This document shows positions 10,425 to 23,436 of a stretch of 64,000 nucleotides of DNA, in pieces (within the stretch, counting starts at the first letter, position 1; every line of letters starts with the position of its first letter). The notes under the pieces were generated by a model that saw nothing but the letters and a program-made list of their open reading frames with translations, made no database searches and had not been told where the DNA came from. Source of the DNA: Alphaproteobacteria bacterium (lineage in GTDB: Bacteria > Pseudomonadota > Alphaproteobacteria > UBA828). The stretch is taken from positions 1,024,001-1,088,000 of the forward strand of contig CBDCCI010000002.1 in assembly GCA_965214705.1 (NCBI GenBank). Reading direction: 5' to 3'. The position numbers and the translations under genes were made by a program.

Positions 10425-11492
10425 GTGAGGGCGGAACCCATGGTGGCGACCCCAATCCCCCGCAAAATCGTCGGATGGTCAACAATCGTAGGCGCCTTGG
10501 CTTTGGTAATGGTCGGCGCGACTTTTGCGCTCGCCAGTACCACCGATGTGGACGCCGAATCCGCAGAGATTGTTCCCGACACTGATGAGCAGTTGACGCA
10601 AAGAGAGCTTCGCTGGTGCATCTTCGAGTCCGCCAGACTGGATGGAGAAATCGAAGAGCTGGATGCGCGGTTAGACTGGGAAGTAGAAAACTATAACGTG
10701 CGGTCCAAGGCCTACCAGGAGCACTGCTCGGACAGGAAGTATAGCGAGGGAGACAAGTCCGCGATCGAAGATGAGTTGACGCCTGCCAAGCGTCTCTCCC
10801 TCAAGGAGCAGGGCGCCGCTCGGGTCACGGACGCCCGCGCCGAGCGTGAGAACCGACGCATTCACGTCAAGGAGCATGTCGCGCGCGTGCTTGCGGCGCC
10901 GGAACATGCTGCCGAGGAACTTGGCCGTGTTTCGCAATGGGGCGACCTCATTGCCACCGGCCGGGAGCAAGGACCCTGGCACGAGGTCGAGTGGCCCGCT
11001 GCCGCGCCGGAACAGGCGCCGGGTGCCGGATGGGTGCTGGGCGGTCTCCTGGGCCGCGGTGCCGGGACAGACGGTCGCTACGCCTACTGCGAGCAGCGCG
11101 CAGGCGATCGCGCGACTCACAACGATGTCTTGAGAAGGGATATTGATCTTCACACGATCAGCTCGTTTACGGTCGAGAACGGGCTGGAAGACAATGCCTA
11201 CGTGAAGCTGGTTCGCGAGCAGGATAACGCGGTGGTTTCCCTGTTTGTCGCGGCGAAGCAAACGGGGTCGTTGATCGGATTACCGACAGGTTCCTATGAA
11301 ATCGTCTTCGCGACAGGCTCCAATTTCAGCCGTGGCTGCGATTCGTTCTCTCAACGCGGTACTGCCCAAAGATTCCCGAACCGAATTGACTACGGCCGTC
11401 GCGCCGTGGTTTGGACTCTCTCGCTTCAGAAAGAGGAGGACGGAAACGCGCGCGCAGATTCGATGAGCTACGACGAATTCGACAGGCTTTAG
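10425..11492 (+). CDS. Hypothetical membrane-anchored/exported protein (possible SH3-like central region)
   Basis: 355-aa ORF with an N-terminal hydrophobic helix, several Cys and W..VEW...GWV. Visibly AT-richer codon usage. Start may be ATG 10440. Confidence 0.7.
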   Translation: MRAEPMVATPIPRKIVGWSTIVGALALVMVGATFALASTTDVDAESAEIVPDTDEQLTQRELRWCIFESARLDGEIEELDARLDWEVENYNVRSKAYQEHCSDRKYSEGDKSAIEDELTPAKRLSLKEQGAARVTDARAERENRRIHVKEHVARVLAAPEHAAEELGRVSQWGDLIATGREQGPWHEVEWPAAAPEQAPGAGWVLGGLLGRGAGTDGRYAYCEQRAGDRATHNDVLRRDIDLHTISSFTVENGLEDNAYVKLVREQDNAVVSLFVAAKQTGSLIGLPTGSYEIVFATGSNFSRGCDSFSQRGTAQRFPNRIDYGRRAVVWTLSLQKEEDGNARADSMSYDEFDRL

Positions 11493-11708
11493 TGGACTGC
11501 ATTTGTTGTGCCAAGAATCAACCGTTCTCGCGACTCCTTAATAAGATAGCTTCTCACACAAATTGCGCGAACTGTACGACGCGCGTGACTTGTCCGTCTT
11601 CAAATTCACCCACACCACTCGTAGAATCGTGACCAGCGAATCGTGTCGCCGGAAAGGGCTGCTGCAGCCACGGACGATTTGGGGCCGCGCGGCCGCCGGA
11701 AGTAGAGC

Positions 11709-12878
11709 ATGACCGGATCCCCGGAGACTCAAGACCTTGCCATCACCCTCGGGGTCGAGGAGGAGTTTTTTCTCGTCGATCCTGAGTCCCGCGACCTCGT
11801 CGCCGATCCGGACGAGGGCATCTTCGAGGCCTGCGAGCGGAGCGGCGGGCCGCACAAGGTCGTCCACGAGTTCCTGCGCTCCCAGATCGAGACCAACACG
11901 CGGGTGTGCGGCTCGGTGGCGGACGTGCGCGAGGCGCTGAGCGAGACCCGGCAGCTGGTCGTCGAGGCGGCGGAGGCGCACGGCGCGCGGGTGATGGCCG
12001 CCTCCACCCATCCCTTCGCCTCATGGCGGGAGCAGGCGCCCACGCCCGGCGAGCGCTACCGACGGTTCGCCTCCACATATCAGGAGAGCGTGCGCCGCGC
12101 CCTCGTCGGCGGCATGCACATTCACGCGGGCTTCGGCGATGAAGACTCGCGCATCCGGGTGATGACCGCGCTCAGGCGCTACCTGCCGTTTCTCCATGCG
12201 CTCTCCGCCTCCTCGCCGTTCAACGGCGGGCACGAGACCGGGTTCAAGTCCTTTCGGCTGACGGTGATGGGCGCTCTGCCGCGCACCGGCCTGCCCAGCC
12301 CGCTGCACTCGCGGGCGGAGTACGAGCGGCTCGTCGCCGAGTATCTGCGCATGGACTACATCGGCGATGCCCGAGAGCTCTGGTGGGACATTCGCCCGGC
12401 CAGCGCGTTTCCCACCATCGAGCTGCGCATCTGCGACGTGTGCACGCGCCTGGAGGACGCGGTGAGCGTCGCGGCGCTCTACGCCTCCCTCATCCGCTGG
12501 CTCCTGCGGCACGACCGTGACGGCACGCTGCCGCCCGAGCCGCACACCGAGCTCATCTTCCAGGATCGCTGGATCGCCCAGCGCTACGGCGTATTGGCCT
12601 TCTTCGGCGATCGGGCCTCCGGCAGCGGACGGATCGACATCGACGACTATGCGGCGGGGCTGGTGGAGGCGCTCGCGGACGATGCCCGCGCGCTCGGCTG
12701 CGAGGCGGAGGTGCGCCGCGCGCTCACCATCGTCAGAGACGGGACCGGTGCCGACCGCCAGATCGACCTCTACCGCCTGCGCCGCCTTGAGGGCGACAGC
12801 GAGGCGGAGGCTCTGCATCGTGTGGTGGATCAGGTGCTGGCCGAGACGAAGGAGGGGCTCGGGGACGGCGGCGGGTGA
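11709..12878 (+). CDS. Carboxylate-amine ligase (YbdK / glutamate-cysteine ligase GCS2 family)
   Basis: Motifs TLGVEEEFFLVD, SQIETNT, GMHIHAG, ALSASSPF and LWWDIRP..FPTIELRICD. Confidence 0.92.
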   Translation: MTGSPETQDLAITLGVEEEFFLVDPESRDLVADPDEGIFEACERSGGPHKVVHEFLRSQIETNTRVCGSVADVREALSETRQLVVEAAEAHGARVMAASTHPFASWREQAPTPGERYRRFASTYQESVRRALVGGMHIHAGFGDEDSRIRVMTALRRYLPFLHALSASSPFNGGHETGFKSFRLTVMGALPRTGLPSPLHSRAEYERLVAEYLRMDYIGDARELWWDIRPASAFPTIELRICDVCTRLEDAVSVAALYASLIRWLLRHDRDGTLPPEPHTELIFQDRWIAQRYGVLAFFGDRASGSGRIDIDDYAAGLVEALADDARALGCEAEVRRALTIVRDGTGADRQIDLYRLRRLEGDSEAEALHRVVDQVLAETKEGLGDGGG

Positions 12879-13154
12879 GGGGATTTCGGCTATCCCTTGG
12901 TCTGGCCCTTGAGCACCGCCTGGGCGAGCAGGGCTTCGCGCCAGAGCGCGACCAGCCCCTTGGCATCGAGGTAACGGGGATGCAGGCTCCAGAGGCGCAT
13001 TCCTTGACAATCGGGCCCGGCCGGCGGCGCCGCAAGCAACCATGTGTGGTAGAAGGGAGCCGATCACCCACAACATGTCGTGCGATCGTTGGCAGGCGCA
13101 CGGCGGCTCCCTATAGTATGTGTCTGCGCCACCACGCGATCGTTGCACCGTTCC

Positions 13155-15242
13155 ATGGCCGATAACCTCGATCTCTTCGCAGGGCTCGACAAGAGCGCTC
13201 CCGCCAAGAAGCGGAAGCCTGCGCGCAAGGCCGCGCGGAAGGCGCCGGGCGCCACCGGCCGCCGGGGCAAGGCAAGGGCGCCGGCGCCCCAGCCCGCGCC
13301 GCCCGCCTACGGCGACTACACCGCGCACGACATCGAGATTCTGGAGGGGCTGGAGCCGGTGCGCCGCCGACCCGGCATGTATGTCGGCGGCACCGATCAG
13401 CGGGCGCTGCACCACCTGCTGGCCGAGCTCATCGACAACGCGATGGACGAGGCGATCGCAGGCCACGCGAGCCGGATCGAGATCGCGCTCCACGGCGACG
13501 GCTCGGCCTCGGTCAAGGACAACGGCCGGGGCATCCCCGTCGACCCGCACCCCAAGTACGAGAACGTCTCGGCGCTGCAGGTGATCCTCACCACGCTGCA
13601 CTCCGGCGGCAAGTTCGGCGACAAGGTGTACGCGACCTCGGGCGGCCTGCACGGGGTGGGCCTCTCGGTGGTCAACGCGCTCTCGAACGCGCTGACGGTC
13701 GAGGTCGCACGCGACAAGCGGCTGTGGCGGCAGTCCTGCGCACGGGGCACACCGACCGGCCCGCTGGAGGACGCGGGTCCCGTCACCAACCGGCGCGGCA
13801 CGCTCGTGCGTTTCCACCCCGACCCCGAGATCTTCGGCGACGGCGTCCACTTCGGACCGGGGCCGCTCTACGAGATGGCGCGGACCCGCGCCTACCTCTA
13901 CCGCGGGGTCGAGATTCGCTGGTCGTGCGACGCGGCGCTGCTCACTGATGCCGGCGCGGTGCCGGAGACGGCGGTGCTGCACTATCCGGGCGGCCTCGTC
14001 GACTATCTGAGCGCCACCCTCGGCAAGCGCCACACGCTGACGCCGGCACCCTTCGCCGGCCAGGGATCGCTCAACGGCGACGCCGGGCGCATCGAGTGGG
14101 CGCTGGCCTGGCCGGAAGACGAGGAGGGCTTCATCGCCTCCCACTGCAACACCGTGCCCACCAGCCAGGGCGGCAGCCACGAGGCTGGGATGCGGTCCGC
14201 TCTCGTGCGCGGGCTCAAGGGCTACGGCGCGCTCGTGGGCAACAAGCGCGCGGCGCAGCTCACCGCGGACGACGTCACGGGAGGCGCCTGCGCGCTGCTC
14301 TCGGTGTTCCTGCGCGACCCGCAGTTCCAGGGGCAGACCAAGGAGCGGCTCGCCTCGCCCGAGGCCGGCCGCCTGGTGGAGAACGCCCTCGGCGATCACT
14401 TCGACCATTGGCTCTCGGCCGATCCCACCGCCGCCAACCTCTTGCTCGAGCGCGTGGTCGAGCGAGCCGAGGAGCGGCTTCGGCGCCGGAAAGACCGCGA
14501 GGTCGCCCGCAAGCGCGCGGCCCGCAAGACCCGGCTGCCGGGCAAGCTTGCCGATTGCGCGCGCGAGGCGGCGGACGGCACCGAGATCTTTCTGGTCGAG
14601 GGCGATTCGGCGGGCGGCTCCGCCAAGCAGGCGCGCAACCGCGAGACGCAGGCGGTGCTGCCGCTGCGCGGCAAGATCCTCAATGTGGCGAGTGCCAGCG
14701 CCGACAAGCTGCGGGGCAACAAGGAGCTCGATGATCTGGTCCAGGCGCTTGGTTGCGGCACCGGCGCGCGCTTCGACGCGGGCGCGCTCCGCTACGAGCG
14801 TGTCGTCATCATGACCGATGCGGACGTCGACGGCGCCCACATCGCCGCGCTGCTGATGACGTTCTTCTACCGGCAGATGCCGGGGCTCATCGATGCTGGC
14901 CACCTCTTCCTGGCGCAGCCGCCGCTCTATCGCCTGGCGCGCGGCGGCACCACCCGCTACGCGCGCGACGATGCCGACCGCGACAGATTGCTCGCCAGCG
15001 ACTTCGCCGGCGCCGGCAAGGTCGAGATCAGCCGTTTCAAGGGGCTCGGCGAGATGCCGCCGGCCCAGCTCAAGGAGACCACGATGGACCCGGCGCGGCG
15101 CACGCTGCTGCGCGTCGAGGTCGCCGAGGACGCAGGCACGGCCACGGCGCGCCGGGTCGAGGAGCTGATGGGACGTCGCCCCGAATCCCGCCTCGCCTTC
15201 ATCCAGACCCACGCCGACCGGGTGACCGCTCTCGACCTGTAA
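13155..15242 (+). CDS. parE: DNA topoisomerase IV subunit B
   Basis: LEGLEPVRRRPGMY, GGLHGVG, VEGDSAGGSAKQ, PLRGKILN, MTDADVDGAHI, ISRFKGLGEM. No GyrB insertion. Confidence 0.95.
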   Translation: MADNLDLFAGLDKSAPAKKRKPARKAARKAPGATGRRGKARAPAPQPAPPAYGDYTAHDIEILEGLEPVRRRPGMYVGGTDQRALHHLLAELIDNAMDEAIAGHASRIEIALHGDGSASVKDNGRGIPVDPHPKYENVSALQVILTTLHSGGKFGDKVYATSGGLHGVGLSVVNALSNALTVEVARDKRLWRQSCARGTPTGPLEDAGPVTNRRGTLVRFHPDPEIFGDGVHFGPGPLYEMARTRAYLYRGVEIRWSCDAALLTDAGAVPETAVLHYPGGLVDYLSATLGKRHTLTPAPFAGQGSLNGDAGRIEWALAWPEDEEGFIASHCNTVPTSQGGSHEAGMRSALVRGLKGYGALVGNKRAAQLTADDVTGGACALLSVFLRDPQFQGQTKERLASPEAGRLVENALGDHFDHWLSADPTAANLLLERVVERAEERLRRRKDREVARKRAARKTRLPGKLADCAREAADGTEIFLVEGDSAGGSAKQARNRETQAVLPLRGKILNVASASADKLRGNKELDDLVQALGCGTGARFDAGALRYERVVIMTDADVDGAHIAALLMTFFYRQMPGLIDAGHLFLAQPPLYRLARGGTTRYARDDADRDRLLASDFAGAGKVEISRFKGLGEMPPAQLKETTMDPARRTLLRVEVAEDAGTATARRVEELMGRRPESRLAFIQTHADRVTALDL

Positions 15243-15263
15243 GGGCGCGCGGGCGCGCCTGTC

Positions 15264-15372
15264 TTGTCGCTCACGGCAGCCGGCCTTTGGCCGGCGCCTC
15301 CGCGAGGGCGCCGCTTAAGCGGCGGGCCGCGGTCGCGGCCTGTCGCGCGTTCGTCAGCGACGAACGCGCTCC
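15264..15372 (-). repeat. Repeat family A, copy 3
   Basis: Matches copy 1 in reverse complement. Lies between convergent parE and the epimerase gene. Confidence 0.9.
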
Positions 15373-15386
15373 ACGCTCGGGCGGGG

Positions 15387-16361
15387 TCAGAAGTCGAGGG
15401 TGACGCGGCCGTCCTGCAGCAGCACCTGGAACGCCTGGAAGGTCTCGGCGGTGCCATCCTCCAGAGAAATTGCACCGTAGTCGCCGATATGTGCACGCAG
15501 CAGCGCATCCTGGTCCTCCATCGGGAAGGGCAGAGGATCGCCGCTCGCCCGCACCCGCGCGCCGGGAGCAAGCCGTCGGATCGCGTCCAGCCCATCCTCG
15601 ATCGGGGTGACGGTCCCGTTACAGTCGAAGGCAGGCGCGCCGTCGCCGTCCCGCGAGATGGCCTGGAGGAAGGCCGCCGCGACCTCGCCCGCGTAGAGAT
15701 ACGAGATGGCGCCGGTGAAGGGCACCTCGTAGTCGCGCCCGGCGGCCGCCGCCAGGATCGCGACCGTGGTCTTCGACGTCATGCCCTGGTCGCGGCCGAC
15801 GCCGTAGACGATGCCGGGTCGGAGCCCGATGCTCGGCACCTCCCAGTCCTGCCAGTAGGTCCGGGCGATCGCTTCGTCGCAAGCCTTGTAGGCACCGTAG
15901 AGGGTGGGGGCGTAGCCGCTCTCCGCCGGCGCGCCGTGGGCTGCGATGGAGCTGGCGTAGGCGAGGCGGCGCACGCCGTGGCACCGGGCCGCCTCGAACA
16001 CGGCCACCGTGCCGACCACGTTGACGCGCGCGCCTGCGACGGGGTCCGCCTTGCAGAAGGGCACCTGCAGGGCCGCGAGGTGAAGAATCGCCCCGATCCC
16101 GTTCTCATCGACCACCCGATCGACGGCCTCGGCATCGGCAATGTCTCCCTCCACCCAGGTTACTCGTGCGAGTTCTTCCTCCGACATCAAGAGTCCCGGC
16201 CGGCGGCGGCTCGAGTCGAGGTCGAAGGAGACGGCAGGCACGCCGGCGCGCACCAGGATCGCAAGCGCCCAGCTCCCGATACATCCGCTGGAGCCGGTCA
16301 CCAGCACCGGCCGGTCGAAATCCTCTTTGCGCGCGGTGAAGCGGCTGTTCAGCGAGTCCAT
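15387..16361 (-). CDS. NAD-dependent epimerase/dehydratase (extended SDR)
   Basis: VLVTGSSGCIG, HLAALQ, YGAYK and LRPGIVYG. Confidence 0.88.
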   Translation of the reverse strand: MDSLNSRFTARKEDFDRPVLVTGSSGCIGSWALAILVRAGVPAVSFDLDSSRRRPGLLMSEEELARVTWVEGDIADAEAVDRVVDENGIGAILHLAALQVPFCKADPVAGARVNVVGTVAVFEAARCHGVRRLAYASSIAAHGAPAESGYAPTLYGAYKACDEAIARTYWQDWEVPSIGLRPGIVYGVGRDQGMTSKTTVAILAAAAGRDYEVPFTGAISYLYAGEVAAAFLQAISRDGDGAPAFDCNGTVTPIEDGLDAIRRLAPGARVRASGDPLPFPMEDQDALLRAHIGDYGAISLEDGTAETFQAFQVLLQDGRVTLDF

Positions 16362-16522
16362 GGCTCTCACTCGGTGGTGTGGAAGGGTCGCATGGCGAGG
16401 CGCGGAGTCTGGCACGCGATGGGGACCGCGGCCAACGGCCGGCCGTGCGGGTCTGTTTCCAGATGTAACCCGTGGCTATCATCGCGCTGCTTGGGCTTTC
16501 GGCTCGTGAGGGAAGTGGAGTC

Positions 16523-17449
16523 ATGACGGAAACCTCGGCGGCGCGCGGCAGGGACATCGTCCTCCTGGACGGCGGTGTGGGGCAGGAGCTCTATCGCCGC
16601 AGCACGCGGCCGGCGGCGCCGCTCTGGTCGGTCCAGGTGATGATGGACGAGCCGGCGCTGGTCGAGGCCGTGCATCTCGACTTCATTGAGGCCGGCGCGC
16701 GGATCATCACGGTCAACACCTACACGGCGACGCCCCACAGGCTCACCCGCGAGGGCTTGCCCGACAAGTTCGAGGCCCTGCAGGGTGCCGCCTTCGCCGC
16801 AGCGGCCTCCGCCCGCGAGAAGAGCGGGCAGGCGGTCAGAATCGCCGGCTCTCTGCCACCGCTGGTCGGGAGCTACAGAGCGGATCTGACGCCGCCGGAG
16901 GACGAATGCCTCGCGAACTACCGCAGAATCGTCGCGGTGCAGGCCGACCACGTGGACCTGTTTCTGTGCGAGACCATGCTGTCCGCAGCGGAAGCGCGCG
17001 CGGCGACGGTGGCCGCGGCCGAAAGCGGCCAGCCCGTCTGGACGGCGCTCTCGATCGACGATGCCGACGGCTCCGTGCTGCGCTCGGGCGAGGGTGTCGC
17101 CGAAGGAGCACGGGCCGCCGTGGATGCGGGCGCAGACGCGGTGCTGATCAACTGCTCCAGCCCCGAGGCGGTGGCCACCGCCATGCCGCTGCTGGCCGAA
17201 ATGGGGGTCCCCTTCGGCGGCTATGCCAACGGCTTCGTCTCCATAGCCGCGATGCAGCCGGGCGGAACGGTGGAGGCGTTGGAGGCGCGCGATGATCTGG
17301 GTCCTGCAGCCTACGCCGACCACGCGATGGGCTGGGTCGCGTCGGGTGCTGCCATCGTGGGCGGCTGCTGCGAGATCGGGCCCGGCCATATCGCGGCGCT
17401 GGGGCGGCGGCTCGCGGCGGAAGGGTACGAGCTCGCGGCCGCGCTCTAA
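16523..17449 (+). CDS. Homocysteine S-methyltransferase family protein
   Basis: [23 protein letters not shown] and Zn-binding GGCC. Confidence 0.9.
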   Translation: MTETSAARGRDIVLLDGGVGQELYRRSTRPAAPLWSVQVMMDEPALVEAVHLDFIEAGARIITVNTYTATPHRLTREGLPDKFEALQGAAFAAAASAREKSGQAVRIAGSLPPLVGSYRADLTPPEDECLANYRRIVAVQADHVDLFLCETMLSAAEARAATVAAAESGQPVWTALSIDDADGSVLRSGEGVAEGARAAVDAGADAVLINCSSPEAVATAMPLLAEMGVPFGGYANGFVSIAAMQPGGTVEALEARDDLGPAAYADHAMGWVASGAAIVGGCCEIGPGHIAALGRRLAAEGYELAAAL

Positions 17450-18438
17450 GCCAGAGCGGCGCTCGCAGCAGCCGTGATTTCGTAGGAGCGCAGACGGGCC
17501 GCGTGATCGTGAATGTTGGAGGTCACCATGATCTCGTCGACGCCGGTGTGCTTCGCAAACGTCGCGAGGCGCTCCGCCACAAGTTCGGGCGTGCCCGAGG
17601 CCGAACAGGTGAACCAGCGTTTCAGGATGGACTGCTCCTGCGCATCTAGGCCAGCCTCGAAGTCTCGCACCGGGCGGGGCAGGGGGCCGGGAACGCCCCG
17701 GTGCAGGTTGAGCACCGATTGCTGGGCCGAGCTTCGCACGTAAGCCGCCTCATCGTCGCTGTCGGCGGCGAAAACATTGAACCCCGCCATCACGTAGGGC
17801 GCGTCGCACTGTTCCGAGGGGCGGAACTGCTCGTGGTAGACCTCGATCGCCTGCATCAGCGCGGCGGGCGCGAAGTGTGACGCGAAGCCGTAGGGCAGCC
17901 CCAGCGCGGCCGCAAGCTGGGCGCCGAAGAGGCTTGAGCCCAGGATCCAGATCGGCACGTTGAGACCCGCCCCCGGCACCGCGCGCACGCGCCGCCCCGG
18001 CTCCGATTGCTGGAAATAGCTCTGCAGCTCCACCACGTCCCGCGGGAAGTCGTTGACGTCCCCGGTGAGCGTGCGCCTGAGTGCGTGCGACGTCATCTGG
18101 TCCGTTCCCGGCGCGCGGCCGATGCCGAGGTCGATCCGGCCCGGATAGAGCGATTCCAGGGTGCCGAACTGCTCGGCGATCACCAGCGGCGCGTGGTTGG
18201 GGAGCATGATGCCGCCAGCGCCGACGCGGATGGTCTCGGTGGCGCCCGCGACGTGGCCGATCAGCACCGCCGTTGCGGCGCTGCCGATCCCGGCCATGTT
18301 GTGATGCTCTGCCAGCCAATAGCGGCGGAATCCCAGGTGCTCGACGTGGCGCGCGAGCTCAACCGTGTTGCGGAAGGCCTGTGCCGCGTCCGCGCCTTCC
18401 GGGATCGGCGAAAGATCGAGAACCGAGAGAGCGACCAT
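17446..18438 (-). CDS. LLM-class flavin-dependent oxidoreductase (YhbW-like)
   Basis: [36 protein letters not shown] and [11 protein letters not shown]. Confidence 0.92.
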   Translation of the reverse strand: MVALSVLDLSPIPEGADAAQAFRNTVELARHVEHLGFRRYWLAEHHNMAGIGSAATAVLIGHVAGATETIRVGAGGIMLPNHAPLVIAEQFGTLESLYPGRIDLGIGRAPGTDQMTSHALRRTLTGDVNDFPRDVVELQSYFQQSEPGRRVRAVPGAGLNVPIWILGSSLFGAQLAAALGLPYGFASHFAPAALMQAIEVYHEQFRPSEQCDAPYVMAGFNVFAADSDDEAAYVRSSAQQSVLNLHRGVPGPLPRPVRDFEAGLDAQEQSILKRWFTCSASGTPELVAERLATFAKHTGVDEIMVTSNIHDHAARLRSYEITAAASAALA

Positions 18439-18460
18439 GGACCGGGCGTCTTGCCTCGCC

Positions 18461-20626
<2,166 letters not shown>

Positions 20627-20745
20627 GGCGCACTATATGGCTGCCCCAAGCCCGGACGCCAGAGGGCGCTTTTTAGGGTCCTGCCGTTCTGGACAAACGC
20701 CATTGTCGGGCCGATAGTGCGGGCCGATTGCCCCGGAGGATGTGG

Positions 20746-21138
20746 ATGTATCAGAAGGAAACGCGCGCCATTGAAATCACGGTCAAGCCGTTCTATCTGG
20801 AGGAGCAGTCCGAGCCCGACGACAGCCACTTCGTATTCGCCTATCACATCCGGATCCAGAACAACGGCGGGGACGTGGTTCAGCTCTTGAACCGCTATTG
20901 GCAGATCACCGACGGCCTCGGCCGCATCCAGGAGGTGCGGGGCCCTGGGGTCGTGGGCGAGCAACCGGTGCTGCGGCCGGGGGAGGCATTCGAGTACACG
21001 AGCGGATGCCCGCTCAACACCGCGACCGGCATCATGGTTGGCACCTACGAGATGGAAACGCTGGACGGCGAGCGCTTCGATGTGGATATTCCCGCATTCT
21101 CGCTCGACGCGCCGGATGCGCCCGTGCGGCTCAACTGA
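20746..21138 (+). CDS. apaG: ApaG domain protein
   Basis: [28 protein letters not shown] and YTSGCPL. GGAGG RBS. Confidence 0.95.
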   Translation: MYQKETRAIEITVKPFYLEEQSEPDDSHFVFAYHIRIQNNGGDVVQLLNRYWQITDGLGRIQEVRGPGVVGEQPVLRPGEAFEYTSGCPLNTATGIMVGTYEMETLDGERFDVDIPAFSLDAPDAPVRLN

Positions 21139-21183
21139 GATCGCGCAGCCGCCGGCACGCTGACCAGGACAACCGAACGACGC

Positions 21184-21250
21184 CGAGACCGTCTCGCCGC
21201 GGTCTCGCAGTACCGTACAGCCGGCCCGGAGCCGGAGAAGGAGACCGCCT
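21184..21250 (+). promoter_or_regulatory. Candidate cis-regulatory RNA (riboswitch-like) in folE leader
   Basis: GCGGTCTC (21199-21206) pairs with GAGACCGC (21241-21248, overlapping the SD). The overlapping CGGTCTCG can instead pair with upstream CGAGACCG (21184-21191). Inner hairpin CCGGC/GCCGG. Confidence 0.5.
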
Positions 21251-21901
21251 GTGGACGACAGCCAGCCCGCGCCCCTCACCGGCGCCGATGACGACACGAC
21301 CCAGGGAGCGGGCGCACGACCGACGAGGGACGAGGCCGAGCAGGCGGTGCGCGTCCTGCTCCGCTGGGCCGGCGATGACCCCGAGCGCGAGGGGCTGCTC
21401 GATACTCCCAAGCGGGTTGCGCGCGCCTACGAGGAGTATTTCCGGGGCTACAGCCAGGACCCCTACGCGATCCTGCGCCGCACCTTCGAGGAGACCAACG
21501 GCTATGACGAGATGGTCGTTCTCCGCGACATCGATTTCCGCTCGCACTGCGAGCACCATGTGGCGCCGATCGTCGGCCGCGCCCACATCGGTTACTTGCC
21601 GGACCACCGCGTGATTGGCATCAGCAAGCTCGCGCGCGTGGTCGACGTCTACGCCCGGCGTCTGCAGATTCAGGAGAAGCTGACCGCCGAGATCGCCGAC
21701 GCGATCGAGACGGTCCTGCAACCGCGCGGCGTCGGAGTCGTGATCGAGGCGGCGCACCACTGCATGACGACCCGAGGCGTGTCCAAGGAGGGAGTCCTTA
21801 TGGTGACGAGCCGGATGCTCGGCACGTTTCGTACGGATCCGAAGACCCGCCGTGAGTTTCTCAGCATGATCGGGAACCCGGCGTCCTCGGTGCCGCGCTA
21901 G
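21251..21901 (+). CDS. folE: GTP cyclohydrolase I
   Basis: [31 protein letters not shown] and HHCMTTRG. Confidence 0.97.
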   Translation: MDDSQPAPLTGADDDTTQGAGARPTRDEAEQAVRVLLRWAGDDPEREGLLDTPKRVARAYEEYFRGYSQDPYAILRRTFEETNGYDEMVVLRDIDFRSHCEHHVAPIVGRAHIGYLPDHRVIGISKLARVVDVYARRLQIQEKLTAEIADAIETVLQPRGVGVVIEAAHHCMTTRGVSKEGVLMVTSRMLGTFRTDPKTRREFLSMIGNPASSVPR

Positions 21902-21955
21902 GACGCCCGGCCCGGCTGAGCCGCCGGGCAGCCGCCAGGGCTCACGAGCCGCCCG

Positions 21956-23413
21956 ATGGGCTCCGTCAGGGATTTCCGGCCGGTTCTCTTCGTGGTCGGC
22001 ATTCTGCTGATCACGCTCTCGCTGGCGATGGCATTGCCGGCCATCGCCGACGCAGTGACAGGCAATCCCCACTGGCGGGTCTTTCTCGCCGCGAGCGTCT
22101 TCACGCTCTTCATCGGCACTTGCCTGGTGCTCTCCAACAGGATGCGGGAGCCGCGGCTGACGGTGCGTCAGGCCTTCGTGCTCACCACCTTGAGCTGGGT
22201 TGTCGTGGCCGCCTTCGCCGCGCTGCCGTTCGCCTTCTCCGACCTCAACCTGAGCTACACCGACGGCTATTTCGAGGCGATGTCGGGGCTCACCACGACC
22301 GGATCCACGGTCATTGTCGGCCTCGACGATGCGCCGGCCGGCATTCTGCTGTGGCGCGCGCTGCTGCAGTGGCTCGGCGGCATCGGCATCATCGTCACGG
22401 CCATCGCGATCCTGCCGATGCTGCGGGTCGGCGGTATGCAGCTCTTCCACACGGAGTCCTCGGACAGCTCCGAGAAGGTGCTGCCCCGTGCCGCCCAGCT
22501 CGCCGGCGCCATCGGCATGGTCTACCTCGGGCTCACGATCAGCAACGGAATCGCCTACTGGGCCGCCGGCATGACGCCGTTCGAGGCGGTGTGCCACGCG
22601 ATGACGACCATCGCCACCGGCGGCTTCTCGACCTCGGACCGATCGCTCGGCCACTTCAACAACGACGCCATCGAGGGCATCGCCACCGTCTACATGGTGC
22701 TGGGCTCGCTCCCCTTCGTGCTCTACCTGCAGGCCGTGCGCGGCGGCTGGGGTGCCCTCGCGCGCGACACGCAGGTGCGCTGGTTCTTCGGGCTGGTGCT
22801 GTTCGCCCTGCTCTCGCTGGCGGGCTGGCTGATGGTGGCCAACGACGCCGCGCCCACCGATGCCTTTCGCGAGGCGGCCTTCAACGGAATCTCGATCCTG
22901 ACCGGCACCGGCTATTCCACCGCCGATTTCTCAGCCTGGGGCACCTTCGCGCTTCCCGTCTTCACGCTCCTCATGTTTATCGGCGGTTGTACCGGCTCAA
23001 CCACGGGCGGTGTGAAGGTATTCCGAATTCAGGTTCTCGCGTCCACGTCCTTGTCGCAGATCCGCCAGCTCATCCAGCCCCACGGCGTCTTCATCAGCAA
23101 GTTCAACAGGCGGCCGATTCCGGAAAGCGTGTCGCCGGCGGTGATGGGCTTCTTCTTCCTGTTCATGGTCAGCTTCGGGCTGATCGCCATGGGGCTGGCG
23201 CTGATGGACCTCGACTACGTGACCAGCATCAGCGGCGCGGCCACGGCGATCGCCAACGTCGGCCCCGGCCTGGGCGAGACCATCGGCCCTGCCGGCTCCT
23301 TCCAGCCCCTGCCGGAGCCGGCGAAGTGGCTGCTGTCGGCCGCCATGCTGCTCGGCCGGCTCGAGCTGTTCACGGTGCTGGTGCTGTTCGTGCCCCGCTT
23401 CTGGCGGGACTAG
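21956..23413 (+). CDS. trkH: Trk potassium uptake membrane protein
   Basis: FEAMSGLTTTG, WLGGIGII, IATGGFS, GGCTGSTTGG, ANVGPG and MLLGRLE. Confidence 0.95.
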   Translation: MGSVRDFRPVLFVVGILLITLSLAMALPAIADAVTGNPHWRVFLAASVFTLFIGTCLVLSNRMREPRLTVRQAFVLTTLSWVVVAAFAALPFAFSDLNLSYTDGYFEAMSGLTTTGSTVIVGLDDAPAGILLWRALLQWLGGIGIIVTAIAILPMLRVGGMQLFHTESSDSSEKVLPRAAQLAGAIGMVYLGLTISNGIAYWAAGMTPFEAVCHAMTTIATGGFSTSDRSLGHFNNDAIEGIATVYMVLGSLPFVLYLQAVRGGWGALARDTQVRWFFGLVLFALLSLAGWLMVANDAAPTDAFREAAFNGISILTGTGYSTADFSAWGTFALPVFTLLMFIGGCTGSTTGGVKVFRIQVLASTSLSQIRQLIQPHGVFISKFNRRPIPESVSPAVMGFFFLFMVSFGLIAMGLALMDLDYVTSISGAATAIANVGPGLGETIGPAGSFQPLPEPAKWLLSAAMLLGRLELFTVLVLFVPRFWRD

Positions 23414-23436
23414 GCAGGTCTGGAGCCCATGTGCTC

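Noticed and set aside
12021-15212. 1063-aa minus-strand ORF
   Set aside because: Antisense shadow of ybdK/parE caused by high-GC codon bias; no recognisable domain.
16362-16522. SAM or cobalamin riboswitch ahead of the homocysteine methyltransferase
   Set aside because: No recognisable SAM-alpha or B12-box sequence, and the spacer is short and shared with a divergent gene.
20627-20745. Expected LexA box upstream of uvrB
   Set aside because: No GTTC-N7-GTTC or GAAC-N7-GAAC found in the spacer.
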